Assembly (NCBI GenBank): GCA_964507855.1
Contig: CAZDQS010000003.1
Location: 21,988-85,987 of the forward strand
DNA from: an uncultured Candidatus Saccharibacteria bacterium
Lineage (GTDB): Bacteria; Patescibacteriota; Saccharimonadia; Saccharimonadales; CAZDQS01
Direction: 5' to 3'
Length of the DNA: 64,000 nucleotides
Made by a program: the position numbers and the translations under genes. Below the pieces are notes generated by a model. That model saw only the letters and a list, made by a program, of their open reading frames with translations. It was not told where the DNA came from and ran no database searches. Positions 1-11,071 of the stretch are shown here, in pieces; positions within the stretch are counted from its first letter, which is position 1, and every line of letters begins with the position of its first letter.

Positions 1-1553
1 CCGTCAAGTACGAGCCGCTGCACTTTATCCGTAGCAACGAAGGCACGAGCATCAACCAGAAGGTTGTTGTCAGCACCGGTGACAAGGTAAAGGCCGGTGA
101 AGTGCTCGTCGAGGGTATGTCTATCGCTGGCGGTGAGCTGGCACTTGGTAAAGACCTGCTGGTGGCCTTTATGCCATGGACTGGGTACAACTTTGAGGAC
201 GCTATCATCATTTCCCGCAAGCTGGTCGAGGATGACACGCTTACGTCTATCCATATCGTCGACTTCATGACTGAAGTCCGAGAGACCAAGCTTGGGCCAG
301 AAATCGTCACCCGTGACATCCCGAATGTTTCAGAAGACGCTCTCAGGCATCTCGATGAGGACGGTATTGTCCGTATCGGTGCCGAAGTCCACCCGGGTGA
401 TATCCTGGTTGGTAAGATTACGCCGAAGGGTGAGCAGGAGCTCAGCTCAGAAGAGCGCTTGCTTCGCGCTATCTTCGGCGAAAAGGCCAAGGAAGTTCGT
501 GACACGTCACAGCGCATGAGCAACGGCAAGCATGGCAAAGTCGTCGGTGTGAAGGTATTCTCCCGCGAGAATGGCCACGAGCTAAAAGCAGGTGTTATCA
601 AGCAAATCCAGGTCTTCGTTGCCCAGGCCCGCAAGATTGCGGTTGGTGACAAGCTTGGTGGACGCCACGGTAACAAGGGTGTTATCGCCCGAATCCTGCC
701 AGTCGAGGACATGCCGTTCCTCGATGACGGTACGCCAGTTGACATCATCCTCAACCCGCTCGGTGTCCCATCACGCATGAACGTCGGTCAGTTGTTTGAG
801 ACACATCTGGGCATGGCTGCCCGCGCGCTTGGTATCAAGGTTGCGAGCCCGTCATTCGACGGTGTACCGACCGAGAAAATCCAGAATCTGCTCAAGGAAG
901 CAGGCCTGCCGGAAGACGGCAAGCAGCAGCTCTACGACGGCCGCACTGGTGAGCCATTTGCAGAGCGCACAACAGTTGGCTCGATGTACATCATCAAGCT
1001 GAACCACATGATTGCCGACAAGATCCACGCCCGCTCGACCGGTCCATACACCATGGTTACCCAGCAGCCGCTTGGTGGTAAGGCTCAGAACGGTGGTCAG
1101 CGCTTCGGAGAGATGGAAGTATGGGCACTCGAAGCTTACGGTGCCGCCAATACACTCCAGGAAATGCTGACTATCAAGTCTGACGACGTGTACGGCCGTT
1201 CCAAAGCATACGAATCAATCATCAAGAAAACTGATATTGTTGGTCCGAAGGTTCCAGAGAGCTTCAACGTGCTTGTCAAGGAACTGCAGGGTCTTGGCCT
1301 GAAGGTTGACCTGATCGCATCCGACAAGGTGGTGGATGCCGAAGAGGTTTTGGCCGAAAACATCAAGGATGAGGCAGAAAATGCCGCCCAGGTTGATGTC
1401 CCGGCTGATGAGCTACCGCCGATTGATGTTACTGAGGAAGCTGTTGCCGACGAGTTCGAAATCATGGAGCTTGAAGATGACGTTCCGTCAGAGGTAACAG
1501 CAACGCTTAACGACGAAGAAGATACTTCTACTAACGAAAGGGAGGCAGCCTAA
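1..1553 (+). CDS. rpoB: DNA-directed RNA polymerase subunit beta, C-terminal part (gene runs off left edge; frame open from nt 3)
   Basis: Translation carries conserved RpoB C-terminal blocks ([38 protein letters not shown]). TAATG overlap with rpoC. Long acidic tail after the conserved end. Confidence 0.97.
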   Translation, partial: VKYEPLHFIRSNEGTSINQKVVVSTGDKVKAGEVLVEGMSIAGGELALGKDLLVAFMPWTGYNFEDAIIISRKLVEDDTLTSIHIVDFMTEVRETKLGPEIVTRDIPNVSEDALRHLDEDGIVRIGAEVHPGDILVGKITPKGEQELSSEERLLRAIFGEKAKEVRDTSQRMSNGKHGKVVGVKVFSRENGHELKAGVIKQIQVFVAQARKIAVGDKLGGRHGNKGVIARILPVEDMPFLDDGTPVDIILNPLGVPSRMNVGQLFETHLGMAARALGIKVASPSFDGVPTEKIQNLLKEAGLPEDGKQQLYDGRTGEPFAERTTVGSMYIIKLNHMIADKIHARSTGPYTMVTQQPLGGKAQNGGQRFGEMEVWALEAYGAANTLQEMLTIKSDDVYGRSKAYESIIKKTDIVGPKVPESFNVLVKELQGLGLKVDLIASDKVVDAEEVLAENIKDEAENAAQVDVPADELPPIDVTEEAVADEFEIMELEDDVPSEVTATLNDEEDTSTNEREAA

Positions 1554-4500
1554 TGCGACGATACGCTTACGGCACAGATATTTCAGTCTTTGATGCCGTC
1601 CGGCTCGCAGTCGCCAGCCCGGAAGACATTCTGGACTGGTCACACGGTGAGGTATTGAAGCCGGAGACCATCAACTACCGCACACAGAAACCAGAACGCG
1701 ATGGTTTGTTCTGTGAGAGGATTTTTGGTCCGGTCAAGGACATTAACCCGCATGACGCAAAATATAAGGGCGTCCGTTCACGCGAGGCTGCCGTTGATAA
1801 GAATGGCGAGATTGTTACCCGCAGCATTGTCCGCCGCGAACGCATGGGCCACATTTCCCTCGCGTCGCCGGTTGCACATATCTGGTTCCTGCGTGGCACG
1901 CCATCTGCTATCGGGTTGGTGCTTGGCATGACCGTCAAGAACCTCGAGCGTGTTGCTTACTTTGCAAGCTACATCATCAAGTCTGTTGATGCTGAAAAGC
2001 GCGACAAGATGCTTGCCGATAAGGACGCAGAGTTCGAGGCGGCCAAGCAAGCAATCAAACTGCGCTACGAAAATGAAGCCAAGGACGAGAACGCCGACGT
2101 CAAGGCACTGGCTGAAGCACAGACCAAAGAACTCGAGGAAGTAACCCGCGACTATGAAGTACTTCGCGAGCAGCTACTTGGCCTTGAGAAGCTTCATCTC
2201 ATCAACGAGACCGAATATCGCAATCTACCTGAAGACCTGCAAAAGCTCATTACCGTTGGTATGGGTGGCTCAGCACTGAAGGACTTGCTTGAAGAAGTTG
2301 ACCTAACCAAGCTCATTGAAGAGCTGACTACAGAGGCTGAAGAAGCAAAAGGCCAGCGCAAGAAGAAGGTCATGAAGCGCCTTCGCTTGCTCGAGAGCAT
2401 GCAGCGTGCCGGTATCAAGCCGAGCAGCTTGTGTGTCACGGTATTGCCGGTTATTCCTCCGGATCTTCGTCCGATGGTTCAGCTGACTGGTGGCCGGTTT
2501 GCAACCAGTGACCTCAACGACCTCTACCGCCGTGTCATTAACCGCAACAACCGCCTGAAGAAGCTTATTGAGCTCAATGCGCCGGAAGTCATCCGCCGCA
2601 ATGAACAGCGTATGTTGCAAGAGGCAGTCGATGCATTAATTGACAACAGCAACGCCCGCAGTGGCCGCGCCGTAGCAGCCACTGGCCAGCGCCGTCGCCT
2701 TAAGAGCTTGAGCGACATGCTGAAGGGTAAGCAGGGCCGTTTCCGCCAGAACTTGCTTGGTAAGCGCGTTGACTACTCCGGCCGCTCTGTTATCGTGGCT
2801 GGTCCGGAGTTGAAGATTAACCAGTGTGGTCTGCCAAAAATGATGGCGCTTGAACTCTTCAAGCCATTTGTCATCGGCGAACTCATTGAACGCGAGCAAG
2901 CTCACAACATTCGCAGCGCAACCCGCATGATCGAAACTGGTGAAACCGCTGTATGGGACGCTCTCGATGAAGTCATTAAAGGTAAGTATGTGCTGCTTAA
3001 CCGTGCGCCGTCACTGCACCGCTTGAGCATCCAGGCATTCCAGCCGGTCCTTATCGAAGGTAAGGCCATCCAGCTGCATCCGCTTGTTTGTAAGGGCTTC
3101 AACGCCGACTTCGACGGTGACCAGATGGCTGTCCACCTGCCACTCAGTGATGAGTCTCAGGCTGAAGCGCGCGACATTATGGCCAGCAACAAGAACCTGC
3201 TGAAGCCAGCTGACGGTTCGCCAATTCTGCACATTGAGCAGGATATCGTGCTTGGCTGTTACTACCTGACCTACGAACGTCTTGGTGTCAGCGACAAAGA
3301 ACCGAAGCCATTTATGGAAGTTGCTGAAGCCGTTATGGCGCTTGAGCGAGGGGCAATCCAGCTGCAAAGCCGTATTCGCGTACCGTTCCGTGGCGAAGTT
3401 CGTACCACGACGCTCGGCCGTGTTCTGTTCAACGAGATTTTCCCGGAAGACTTTGCGTTCCAGGATGAGCCGATGACCAAGAAGAAGCTCGCAACTGTTA
3501 TGGCGCAGGTCTACGACAAGTACGGCCAGGATGAGACGGCGCGTATCGCTGACGACCTCAAGAGCCTTGGGTTTACATACGCTACCCGATCCGGTCTTTC
3601 GCTTGGTATGAGCGACTTCCGCGACATTGAGGGGCTTGAAGCCATCCTCAAGGAAGGCGAGAAGAAAGCCGCGATTATTAGCGAACAGTACGACCAAGGT
3701 TTCATTACTGACGAAGAGCGATACCGCCTGACAGTAGAAACCTGGATGGACACTGATGCGAAGGTCTTAAGCACGCTGGCAGATCAGTTCATGCACGAGG
3801 ATACCGCTATGGCAATCGCCGCCATTTCTGGTGCACGTGGTAACATCGGTCAGGTAAAGACAGCTGTCGGTATGCTCGGTGTCGGTATCGATGCCACCGG
3901 ACGTGCGATTGAGCTGCCTATCCGCTCCAACTATAAGGGCGGTCTGAGCCCACTTGAGTACTTCACCGCAACCCGTGGTGCCCGTAAGGGTATGATTGAC
4001 ACCGCCTTGAAGACAGCCGACTCCGGCTACCTTACTCGTCGTTTGGTAGACGTGAGCCAGGATGTCTTTACCGTCGAGGAAGAGTGCGACGATCCAGGCT
4101 TTGCTATGTATCGCGCAGATGCCGAGGATATTGGTGTTGAGTTCGCTTCACGCCTTGAAGGCCGGTTCGCAGCAGAAGATGTAGCAGGACACGTCAAGCG
4201 GGGTGAGCTGATTACCCGAGAAATCGCTCGTACGATTGAGGCTGACGAAAAGATTGGCGCTGTCCGTATTATGAGCGTACTGAGCTGTACCTCACTCCGT
4301 GGCGTTGCACAAAAGTCTTACGGTATCGATCCGGCTACTGGTGAGATTGTGGCAGAACGGCATCCAGTTGGTGTCATTGCTGCGCAGAGTATCGGTGAGC
4401 CAGGTACCCAGTTGACACTCCGAACCTTCCACGGTGGTGGTGTGGCGGCTGAAGACATTACGACTGGTCTACCTCGCGTTGAAGAGCTCTTTGAAGTTCG

Positions 4501-5335
4501 TACGCCAAAGGGCCAGGCTTACCTTTCAGACATTGACGGTGTCGTAACCGCATGGGAAGAAGGCGAGCAGTTCATCGTGGAAGTCACCGGCAAGGAAGAT
4601 GAGCGTCGCGAGATTGAATTGAACGGCCGTGAGCCTCAGGTGAAGAAGGGGCAAGAAGTCGCTGTTGGCGATGTCATTGCCGCAGAGGAAGGCGGTGCTA
4701 ATCCGCTTATCGCACCAATGGCTGGTAAGGTTGAGTTGAAGAAGGGCAAGATTACGATTGTCCCAACCAAGCAGTCCAAGGTCCGGTACGAAATCCCAGG
4801 CTTCAAGCAGCTTGTTGTCAAGGATGGTGACGAAGTCAAGGCTGGTCAGCGTCTGACCAACGGTTCGATCAACCTGCACGAACTCATGCGTCTGCAGGGT
4901 GTCGAAGCTACGCAGCGCTACATCATGAACGAGATCTTGCGCATCTTTGCTTCACAGGGTCAGAACATTTCCGACAAGCACCTTGAAATCATCGTTCGAC
5001 AGATGTTTAGCCGTGTCCAGATCGAAGACTCTGGTGACAGCGAATTTGTGACCGGTGATATTGTGAGCAGAGTCAGCGTGCTCGAAGAAAACGAGAAGCT
5101 GGTCAAGCAAGGCAAGAAGCCGGCAGTGTTCAACCAGTTGTTGCTGGGTATCACGAAAGCCTCGCTTGCGACCGATTCATTCCTCAGTGCCGCTTCATTC
5201 CAGGATACGACCCGCGTACTCATCGCTGCTGCGACCAGCGGTAAGGTTGACCACCTGTTTGGTCTCAAGGAGAACGTTATCCTGGGGCGTCCGATCCCTG
5301 TCGGAACCGGTTACCGCGAGGAAGACGAAGAATAA
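1553..5335 (+). CDS. rpoC: DNA-directed RNA polymerase subunit beta-prime
   Basis: 1260 aa with the catalytic NADFDGDQMAVHLP motif and conserved RpoC blocks throughout. Directly follows rpoB. Confidence 0.97.
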   Translation: MRRYAYGTDISVFDAVRLAVASPEDILDWSHGEVLKPETINYRTQKPERDGLFCERIFGPVKDINPHDAKYKGVRSREAAVDKNGEIVTRSIVRRERMGHISLASPVAHIWFLRGTPSAIGLVLGMTVKNLERVAYFASYIIKSVDAEKRDKMLADKDAEFEAAKQAIKLRYENEAKDENADVKALAEAQTKELEEVTRDYEVLREQLLGLEKLHLINETEYRNLPEDLQKLITVGMGGSALKDLLEEVDLTKLIEELTTEAEEAKGQRKKKVMKRLRLLESMQRAGIKPSSLCVTVLPVIPPDLRPMVQLTGGRFATSDLNDLYRRVINRNNRLKKLIELNAPEVIRRNEQRMLQEAVDALIDNSNARSGRAVAATGQRRRLKSLSDMLKGKQGRFRQNLLGKRVDYSGRSVIVAGPELKINQCGLPKMMALELFKPFVIGELIEREQAHNIRSATRMIETGETAVWDALDEVIKGKYVLLNRAPSLHRLSIQAFQPVLIEGKAIQLHPLVCKGFNADFDGDQMAVHLPLSDESQAEARDIMASNKNLLKPADGSPILHIEQDIVLGCYYLTYERLGVSDKEPKPFMEVAEAVMALERGAIQLQSRIRVPFRGEVRTTTLGRVLFNEIFPEDFAFQDEPMTKKKLATVMAQVYDKYGQDETARIADDLKSLGFTYATRSGLSLGMSDFRDIEGLEAILKEGEKKAAIISEQYDQGFITDEERYRLTVETWMDTDAKVLSTLADQFMHEDTAMAIAAISGARGNIGQVKTAVGMLGVGIDATGRAIELPIRSNYKGGLSPLEYFTATRGARKGMIDTALKTADSGYLTRRLVDVSQDVFTVEEECDDPGFAMYRADAEDIGVEFASRLEGRFAAEDVAGHVKRGELITREIARTIEADEKIGAVRIMSVLSCTSLRGVAQKSYGIDPATGEIVAERHPVGVIAAQSIGEPGTQLTLRTFHGGGVAAEDITTGLPRVEELFEVRTPKGQAYLSDIDGVVTAWEEGEQFIVEVTGKEDERREIELNGREPQVKKGQEVAVGDVIAAEEGGANPLIAPMAGKVELKKGKITIVPTKQSKVRYEIPGFKQLVVKDGDEVKAGQRLTNGSINLHELMRLQGVEATQRYIMNEILRIFASQGQNISDKHLEIIVRQMFSRVQIEDSGDSEFVTGDIVSRVSVLEENEKLVKQGKKPAVFNQLLLGITKASLATDSFLSAASFQDTTRVLIAAATSGKVDHLFGLKENVILGRPIPVGTGYREEDEE

Positions 5336-5342
5336 GGCAACC

Positions 5343-5371
5343 TTGAAAATTGTCCGTGTACCTGATATAGT
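5343..5371 (+). promoter_or_regulatory. candidate sigma-70 promoter for rpsL operon (TTGAAA-N17-TATAGT)
   Basis: Hexamers at 5343-5348 and 5366-5371 with a 17-nt spacer, followed by an approximately 240-nt structured leader. Manual call. Confidence 0.45.
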
Positions 5372-5613
5372 TTACAAGTTATTTAAGCAATCCGAGCCGG
5401 GTGTAGGCGACATGGATGGGATACCTTTACAACTCAGAGACGATAATCTTTAGTTCGCTGTGAGCGAAAGCGAGTGAAGCATGCCCGTAGGCACGTTGAG
5501 TGAGCTTTCGCTTGCAGCGGGCAAAGAGGGCGTCTCTGAATGAAGGGCTTTCCCATGCATGGCGCCTAGGGCATTCGCTCGCAGCAGTAGATTGCACATC
5601 TAAAGGAGTATAA

Positions 5614-6027
5614 ATGCCAACAATCAACCAATTGGTTAAGAAGTCTCGCAAGAGCAAGTCAGGGAGCTCCAACTCTCCGGCTCTGCAGCGCGTGGTCAAT
5701 AACCTCAAGAACAAATCCTATGAAAAACCATCGCCATTCAAGCGTGGTGTGTGCGTGAAGGTTACGACCAAGACCCCGAAGAAGCCAAACTCAGCGCTTC
5801 GTAAGGTTGCTCGTGTCCGCTTGCAGAATGGCCAGGAAGTCTGGGCTTACATCGGTGGTGAAGGCCACAACCTCCAAGAGCACGCTGTTGTGCTCGTTCG
5901 TGGCGGCCGCGTAAAAGACCTTCCAGGTGTGCGGTATCACATTGTCCGCGGCGCGCTTGACCTTCAGGGGGTCAACAACCGCAAGCAAGGCCGCTCCAAG
6001 TACGGCACCAAGAAGGAGGGCAAGTAG
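5614..6027 (+). CDS. rpsL: 30S ribosomal protein S12
   Basis: 137 aa with an S12 family sequence ([22 protein letters not shown]). SD AAAGGAG upstream. Confidence 0.97.
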   Translation: MPTINQLVKKSRKSKSGSSNSPALQRVVNNLKNKSYEKPSPFKRGVCVKVTTKTPKKPNSALRKVARVRLQNGQEVWAYIGGEGHNLQEHAVVLVRGGRVKDLPGVRYHIVRGALDLQGVNNRKQGRSKYGTKKEGK

Positions 6028-6029
6028 AC

Positions 6030-6509
6030 ATGCCACGTAAGAAGACCAAAGCTCTCGTTCGAGAAGTACAGCCAGACCGCCTCTATAACAGCGTCATGGT
6101 CCAGAAGCTTATTAACCGCGTCATGCTGAACGGCAAGAAGCAGCTCTCTGAGCGTCTTGTCTATAACGGCATGCAGAAGGCAGCTGACAAGCTGAGCGTC
6201 AAGAACCCGCTCGAAGTGTTTGAGCAGGCGTTCAAGAATATTCAGCCACATGTTGAAACCCGTTCACGCCGCGTTGGCGGTGCCAACTACCAGATTCCGT
6301 TCGAGGTACGCGGCCAACGCCAGAACCACCTGACAATCATGTGGTTTGTCCAAGCTGCCCGTGCCCGTAGTGGCATGAGCATGGAAGACCGGATTGCAGC
6401 TGAATTGATTGACGCCTACAACAACACCGGTACTGCCGTTAAGAAGCGTGAAGACACGCACAAGATGGCCGAGGCCAACCGCGCCTTCGCCCACTTTGCA
6501 AGGTACTAA
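6030..6509 (+). CDS. rpsG: 30S ribosomal protein S7
   Basis: 159 aa with an S7 family sequence. Starts 2 nt after rpsL; its SD is embedded in the rpsL 3' end. Confidence 0.97.
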   Translation: MPRKKTKALVREVQPDRLYNSVMVQKLINRVMLNGKKQLSERLVYNGMQKAADKLSVKNPLEVFEQAFKNIQPHVETRSRRVGGANYQIPFEVRGQRQNHLTIMWFVQAARARSGMSMEDRIAAELIDAYNNTGTAVKKREDTHKMAEANRAFAHFARY

Positions 6510-6511
6510 CA

Positions 6512-6820
6512 ATGTCGTGTGAGTTTGACTGCGTTTACAAAAACCTAGCATCGCAAACTCAATCTGAGCTCAGTGAAATCATAGACCAAAATGAAGAGTG
6601 GGTAAGGCAGCAAGAAGCAGCTGCAGCCAATGGCTGGGGTGATAATGGTGCGCGAGATACACAAAATGACAGACAGAGAGATCTCCGACGCATTAGCGAA
6701 ATGCTTGAAATCGATGGCTTACTTTGCACTGAATACATATGTGGTTTCGCAGTCGAAAGTGTACGAAAGCGAGTTGAGGAGATGAGCTTCGATATTAAAT
6801 TAAGAAGAGAGCAAAAGTAA
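6512..6820 (+). CDS. hypothetical small protein (102 aa) wedged between rpsG and fusA
   Basis: The ORF exactly fills the rpsG-fusA gap: it starts 2 nt after the rpsG stop, and its stop overlaps the fusA ATG (TAATG). It contains CxxxC and CxxxxC pairs. More AT-rich than its neighbours (one 60-nt line hand-counted at 43% GC). Confidence 0.6.
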   Translation: MSCEFDCVYKNLASQTQSELSEIIDQNEEWVRQQEAAAANGWGDNGARDTQNDRQRDLRRISEMLEIDGLLCTEYICGFAVESVRKRVEEMSFDIKLRREQK

Positions 6821-8907
6821 TGGCACAGAAGAAATACGCAATTGGAAAGATCCGAAACATCGGTATTATCGCGCACATTGACGCCGGTAAGACCACGACA
6901 ACCGAAGGTATCTTGTACCGCACCGGTATCAAGCACAAGATTGGTACGACCCATGAGGGCGAGACCACAACTGACTGGATGGCTCAGGAGCGCGAGCGCG
7001 GTATCACGATCGTCTCCGCCGCTGTTACGTGTTATTGGAAAGATCACCAGATCAACATTATTGATACACCAGGTCACATTGACTTTACCGTCGAGGTAGA
7101 GCGCTCGCTTCGCGTTCTCGATGGTGCGGTTGTTGTCTTTGACGGCAAGATGGGCGTCGAGTCACAGTCCGAGACGGTGTGGCGCCAAGCTGACAAGTAC
7201 GGTGTGCCACGTATTTGTTTTATTAATAAGATTAACCAGACCGGCGGTGACTTCTACAAGTCTCTCGAATCTATCCGCAATCGCCTCAATCGCCAAGCTT
7301 TTCCGATTCACCTGCCAATTGGCTTTGAACAAAGCGTCAAGGGTGTCATCGACCTTGTCGACATGAAGGCGTACACCTACAACGACTTCACTGACCATGA
7401 GCTGATCGTTGGTGACATCCCTGAAGATATGCTTGAGGAAGCCAAGCGCTACCGCAGCCTGCTTATCGAAAATGCTGTTGCCGAAGACGAAGCCATGCTT
7501 GAGAAGTATCTCGAAGTTGGTGAAGAAGGTTTGAGCGAAAGCGACATCAAGCATGCTATCCGTGCGGCCATCCTCAGCGGTAACTTCTTCGTTGTCACCG
7601 GTGGTGACGGACGTGGCGTTATCGTCGAAAAGCTGCTGGACATGGTCACTGACTTCTTGCCTTCTCCTGATAATATTTCGTCTGTTTGGGGTACGCACCC
7701 GAAGACTGGCGAGCAGGTTGAGCGCAAAGCGAGCGAAAGCGAGCCACTGGCTGGCTTGGCGTTTAAGATTGCTGCAGACCCGTTTGTGGGCAAGCTGGCA
7801 TATTACCGTGTGTATTCAGGTAAGCTTCAGTCCGGTTCATATGTTTTGAACAGTTCAACTGGTGAAAAAGAGCGCATTGGACGTGTCGTGCGTATGCAGG
7901 CCGACAAGCGCGAAGAGGTTGCCGAAGTAAGCGCCGGTGATATTGCCGCAATCGTGGGCCTTAAGGGTACTACTACAGGTAATACCCTCTGTGATCCGAA
8001 TAACCCGGTTGTGCTTGAGAGCATTAGCTTCCCTGAGCCACCTGTGTCCATTGCCATTGAACCCAAGACCAAGAGTGATCAGGAAAAGATGTCAACCGCC
8101 CTGCAGCGATTGGCCGAGGAAGACCCAACATTCCGCATCAAAGTAGACGAAGAGACGGGCCAGACCATCATCTCAGGAATGGGTGAGTTGCATCTTGAAA
8201 TCCTGGTTGATCGCATGAAGCGCGAATTCAACGTTGATGCAAACATCGGCCAGCCACAGGTTGCCTACCGCGAAACCATTCGCAAGGATGGCGTCGAGGT
8301 GGAGGGCAAGTTTGTTCGCCAAAGTGGTGGTCGTGGTCAGTACGGCCATGTCTGGATTCGCCTGTCGCAGAACGAGTCGGGCAAGGGCCTCGAGTTCATC
8401 AACTCTATCAAAGGTGGTGTCGTACCTGGTGAATACATCAAGCCAGTTGAAGAAGGTATCAAGGAAGCCATGAACAATGGTGTCCTGGCCGGTTATCCAG
8501 TTGTTGATATCAAGGCTGAGCTGTACGATGGCAGCTACCACGAAGTAGACTCTTCTGAGATGGCCTTTAAGATTGCCGGTTCTATGGCGCTCCAAGAGGG
8601 TGTGAAGAAAGCTAACCCTGTCCTTATGGAGCCAGTCATGAAAGTCGTTGTTGTCACACCGGAAGAGTTCATGGGTGACGTCATTGGTGACCTGAACGCC
8701 AAGCGCGGCCGGATTGAATCGATGGAAGACCTGCCATCTGGCATCAAGGAAATTACAGCCTTTGTGCCACTTGGCGAAATGTTCGGCTACACGACGAACC
8801 TCCGCAGCATGACCCAGGGCCGTGCTAGCTCAAGCATGGAGCTTGACCACTACGCTGACGTCCCGAACAATGTTGCTGAAGCAATCATCGCCAAAAGCGG
8901 CAAATAA
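6820..8907 (+). CDS. fusA: translation elongation factor G
   Basis: 695 aa with GTPase motifs AHIDAGKTT and DTPGHIDF and EF-G domain order. Confidence 0.97.
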   Translation: MAQKKYAIGKIRNIGIIAHIDAGKTTTTEGILYRTGIKHKIGTTHEGETTTDWMAQERERGITIVSAAVTCYWKDHQINIIDTPGHIDFTVEVERSLRVLDGAVVVFDGKMGVESQSETVWRQADKYGVPRICFINKINQTGGDFYKSLESIRNRLNRQAFPIHLPIGFEQSVKGVIDLVDMKAYTYNDFTDHELIVGDIPEDMLEEAKRYRSLLIENAVAEDEAMLEKYLEVGEEGLSESDIKHAIRAAILSGNFFVVTGGDGRGVIVEKLLDMVTDFLPSPDNISSVWGTHPKTGEQVERKASESEPLAGLAFKIAADPFVGKLAYYRVYSGKLQSGSYVLNSSTGEKERIGRVVRMQADKREEVAEVSAGDIAAIVGLKGTTTGNTLCDPNNPVVLESISFPEPPVSIAIEPKTKSDQEKMSTALQRLAEEDPTFRIKVDEETGQTIISGMGELHLEILVDRMKREFNVDANIGQPQVAYRETIRKDGVEVEGKFVRQSGGRGQYGHVWIRLSQNESGKGLEFINSIKGGVVPGEYIKPVEEGIKEAMNNGVLAGYPVVDIKAELYDGSYHEVDSSEMAFKIAGSMALQEGVKKANPVLMEPVMKVVVVTPEEFMGDVIGDLNAKRGRIESMEDLPSGIKEITAFVPLGEMFGYTTNLRSMTQGRASSSMELDHYADVPNNVAEAIIAKSGK

Positions 8908-8981
8908 GCAGTTGCTATTTCATTCTTGCAACCCTGACGTATACTTACTGATAAAGTAAGACAAGCAGGGAGGAGCACACT

Positions 8982-9200
8982 ATGAGTGCTGAAAATATGG
9001 CTACCCCAGTCGTAGTTGATCACGATGAGATGAGAGGGATCTATAAATTGCTCATGAGTGATGATCCTACGACACATAAGCTGGGCGTGTACAAATTTGA
9101 AGCAGCGGCTGCCAAGGCACACTGTATCGTCGAAGGATTAGGCGAAGTGTCGTTAGACGGAACGTTTGAGCCGGATTCACCTGCTTTAAACACCGACTAG
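8982..9200 (+). CDS. hypothetical small protein (72 aa) between fusA and tuf
   Basis: Strong SD (GGGAGGAG) about 7 nt before the ATG. No family recognised. Confidence 0.5.
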   Translation: MSAENMATPVVVDHDEMRGIYKLLMSDDPTTHKLGVYKFEAAAAKAHCIVEGLGEVSLDGTFEPDSPALNTD

Positions 9201-9204
9201 ACTA

Positions 9205-9233
9205 TTTACAAACCCCTGTTGTTCCTCTATACT
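9205..9233 (+). promoter_or_regulatory. candidate promoter for tuf (TTTACA-N17-TATACT)
   Basis: Hexamers at 9205-9210 and 9228-9233 with a 17-nt spacer. Manual call. Confidence 0.5.
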
Positions 9234-9303
9234 GAACGGGTATCTCGCATGAGACTTATATTCTTATGCGTAAATAACAAGTAACTAAGGAGATATACCA
9301 AAC

Positions 9304-10485
9304 ATGGCAGATTTTGACCGCAGCAAGCCGCACGTCAACGTTGGTACCATGGGCCACGTCGACCACGGTAAAACCACTCTGACTGCAGCTATTACCGCAG
9401 TCCTTGCTAAGAAGCTTCCGAGTGAAGTAAACAAGCCGGTCGCTTATGACCAAATTGACAATGCACCAGAAGAGAAAGCACGTGGTATCACCATTGCTAC
9501 TTCTCACAACGAGTATGAGTCAGAGAAGCGCCACTATGCGCACGTTGACATGCCGGGTCACGCCGACTACGTAAAGAACATGATTACCGGTGCCGCTCAG
9601 GTTGACGGTGCTATCCTCGTAGTCTCTGCAGCTGACGGCCCAATGCCGCAGACTCGTGAGCACGTACTTTTGGCTCGCCAGGTTGGTGTTCCAAAGATTC
9701 TCGTTTTCATGAACAAGATGGACCTCGCCGACCCAGAGCTCGTTGAGCTGGTCGAAATGGACATCCGCGAACTGCTCGCGAAGTATGAGTTCGATGAGAA
9801 CTGCCCGATCATCAAGGGTTCTGCCGCCAAGGCACTTGAAGGCGACGCAGCTAACGAAGACGCCATTATGGAACTCGTCAAGGCTATGGACGACTACATC
9901 GAAGAGCCACAGCGCGATCTGGACAAGCCGTTCATGATGGCTGTAGAGGACGTGTTCTCAATCAAGGGTCGTGGTACGGTTGCTACCGGTCGTATCGAAC
10001 AAGGTGTTGTTAAGATTAACGACGAAGTTGAAATCGTTGGTATTCGCGACACGCAAAAATCTGTCGTAACTGGTATTGAAATGTTCAAGAAGAGCCTCGA
10101 CCAAGGCCAGGCTGGTGACAACGCTGGTATCCTGCTCCGCGGTATTGAGCGTGATGACATTGAGCGCGGCCAGGTTTTGGCTAAGCCAGGTTCAATCACT
10201 CCTCACACCGAGTTTGACGCAGAAGTCTATATCCTTACCAAGGAAGAGGGCGGTCGTCACACACCATTCTTCAAGGGCTACAAGCCACAGTTCTACTTCC
10301 GTACTACGGACGTAACTGGTGAAGTTGAGCTACCAGCTGACAAGGAAATGGTCATGCCAGGTGATACAGTCACCTTTAAGGCCAAGTTGATCGCTCCAAT
10401 TGCTATGGACCAGGGTATGCGATTTACCATCCGTGAAGGCGGCCGCACCGTTGGTGCTGGTGTCGTAACCAAGATCAACAAATAA
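9304..10485 (+). CDS. tuf: translation elongation factor Tu
   Basis: 393 aa with [17 protein letters not shown] and NKMD motifs. SD TAAGGAG. Confidence 0.98.
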   Translation: MADFDRSKPHVNVGTMGHVDHGKTTLTAAITAVLAKKLPSEVNKPVAYDQIDNAPEEKARGITIATSHNEYESEKRHYAHVDMPGHADYVKNMITGAAQVDGAILVVSAADGPMPQTREHVLLARQVGVPKILVFMNKMDLADPELVELVEMDIRELLAKYEFDENCPIIKGSAAKALEGDAANEDAIMELVKAMDDYIEEPQRDLDKPFMMAVEDVFSIKGRGTVATGRIEQGVVKINDEVEIVGIRDTQKSVVTGIEMFKKSLDQGQAGDNAGILLRGIERDDIERGQVLAKPGSITPHTEFDAEVYILTKEEGGRHTPFFKGYKPQFYFRTTDVTGEVELPADKEMVMPGDTVTFKAKLIAPIAMDQGMRFTIREGGRTVGAGVVTKINK

Positions 10486-10506
10486 TCTAGCTCCGCTAGG
10501 TCATAC

Positions 10507-10543
10507 AAAGAGCTCCTAATTACCAAGGGAGCTCTTTTATTTT
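10507..10543 (+). terminator. intrinsic terminator after tuf
   Basis: 10-bp stem AAAGAGCTCC/GGAGCTCTTT with an 11-nt loop, followed by a T-rich run. Confidence 0.6.
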
Positions 10544-10652
10544 GCCAACAATTGTTATAGAATAGTTTGGTAAATTAATCGTGATGACTAAAAGTCGTTG
10601 CACTCGCTCTCTATAGCTGTGCAGAGATGTTACATCACAAAGGAGAAGAGTA

Positions 10653-10994
10653 ATGGCTGAAGCCAAGAAGACTGCTGCCAAGCCAGAGAGCAAGCAGCGC
10701 ATTCGTATCCGCCTTAAGGCATACGACCACAAAGTAATCGACCAGTCAGCAAAGCAGATTGTTGACACGGCACTGCGGACTGGCGCGACAATTGCCGGCC
10801 CAATCCCGCTGCCAACCCGTCGCAGCACCTACACGGTGGTTAAGAGCCCGCACGTCTACAAGAAGGGTCGTGAGCAGTTCGAGATGCGGATCCACAAGCG
10901 CATTATTGATGTCCTGGACCCGACGCCAAAGACCATCGACAGCCTCATGAACCTGTCACTGCCGGCTGGGTGTGACGCCGAAATCAAGATGTAA
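10653..10994 (+). CDS. rpsJ: 30S ribosomal protein S10
   Basis: 113 aa with an S10 family sequence ([16 protein letters not shown]...GPIPLPT) and an approximately 11-aa N-terminal extension. SD AAAGGAG. Confidence 0.95.
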   Translation: MAEAKKTAAKPESKQRIRIRLKAYDHKVIDQSAKQIVDTALRTGATIAGPIPLPTRRSTYTVVKSPHVYKKGREQFEMRIHKRIIDVLDPTPKTIDSLMNLSLPAGCDAEIKM

Positions 10995-11016
10995 ACTACC
11001 AGCGTACATCTGGTCT

Positions 11017-11054
11017 AAAACGACACTCAAGACTCCTTGGGTGTCGTTTTGCTG
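11017..11054 (+). terminator. intrinsic terminator directly after rpsJ
   Basis: 10-bp stem AAAACGACAC/GTGTCGTTTT (11017-11026 with 11041-11050), then a T-run. Confidence 0.6.
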
Positions 11055-11071
11055 TTATAAGAGTAACTGGT

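Noticed and set aside
3011-3697. Long antisense ORFs inside well-supported genes. Examples: 3011-3697(-) in rpoC, 13499-14341(-) over rplB/rpsS, 17120-17818(-) over rplE/rpsN, 25122-25835(-) over rplQ/rplM, 31282-31944(+) opposite the FemAB gene, 46980-47726(-) in the sigma gene, 55909-56547(-) in ilvA and 62752-63399(-) in dnaB.
   Set aside because: Each lies fully within a gene whose product is confidently recognised on the other strand. Their translations are low-complexity and Ser/Arg/Ala-rich, as is typical of shadow frames in moderately GC-rich coding DNA. None has an SD.
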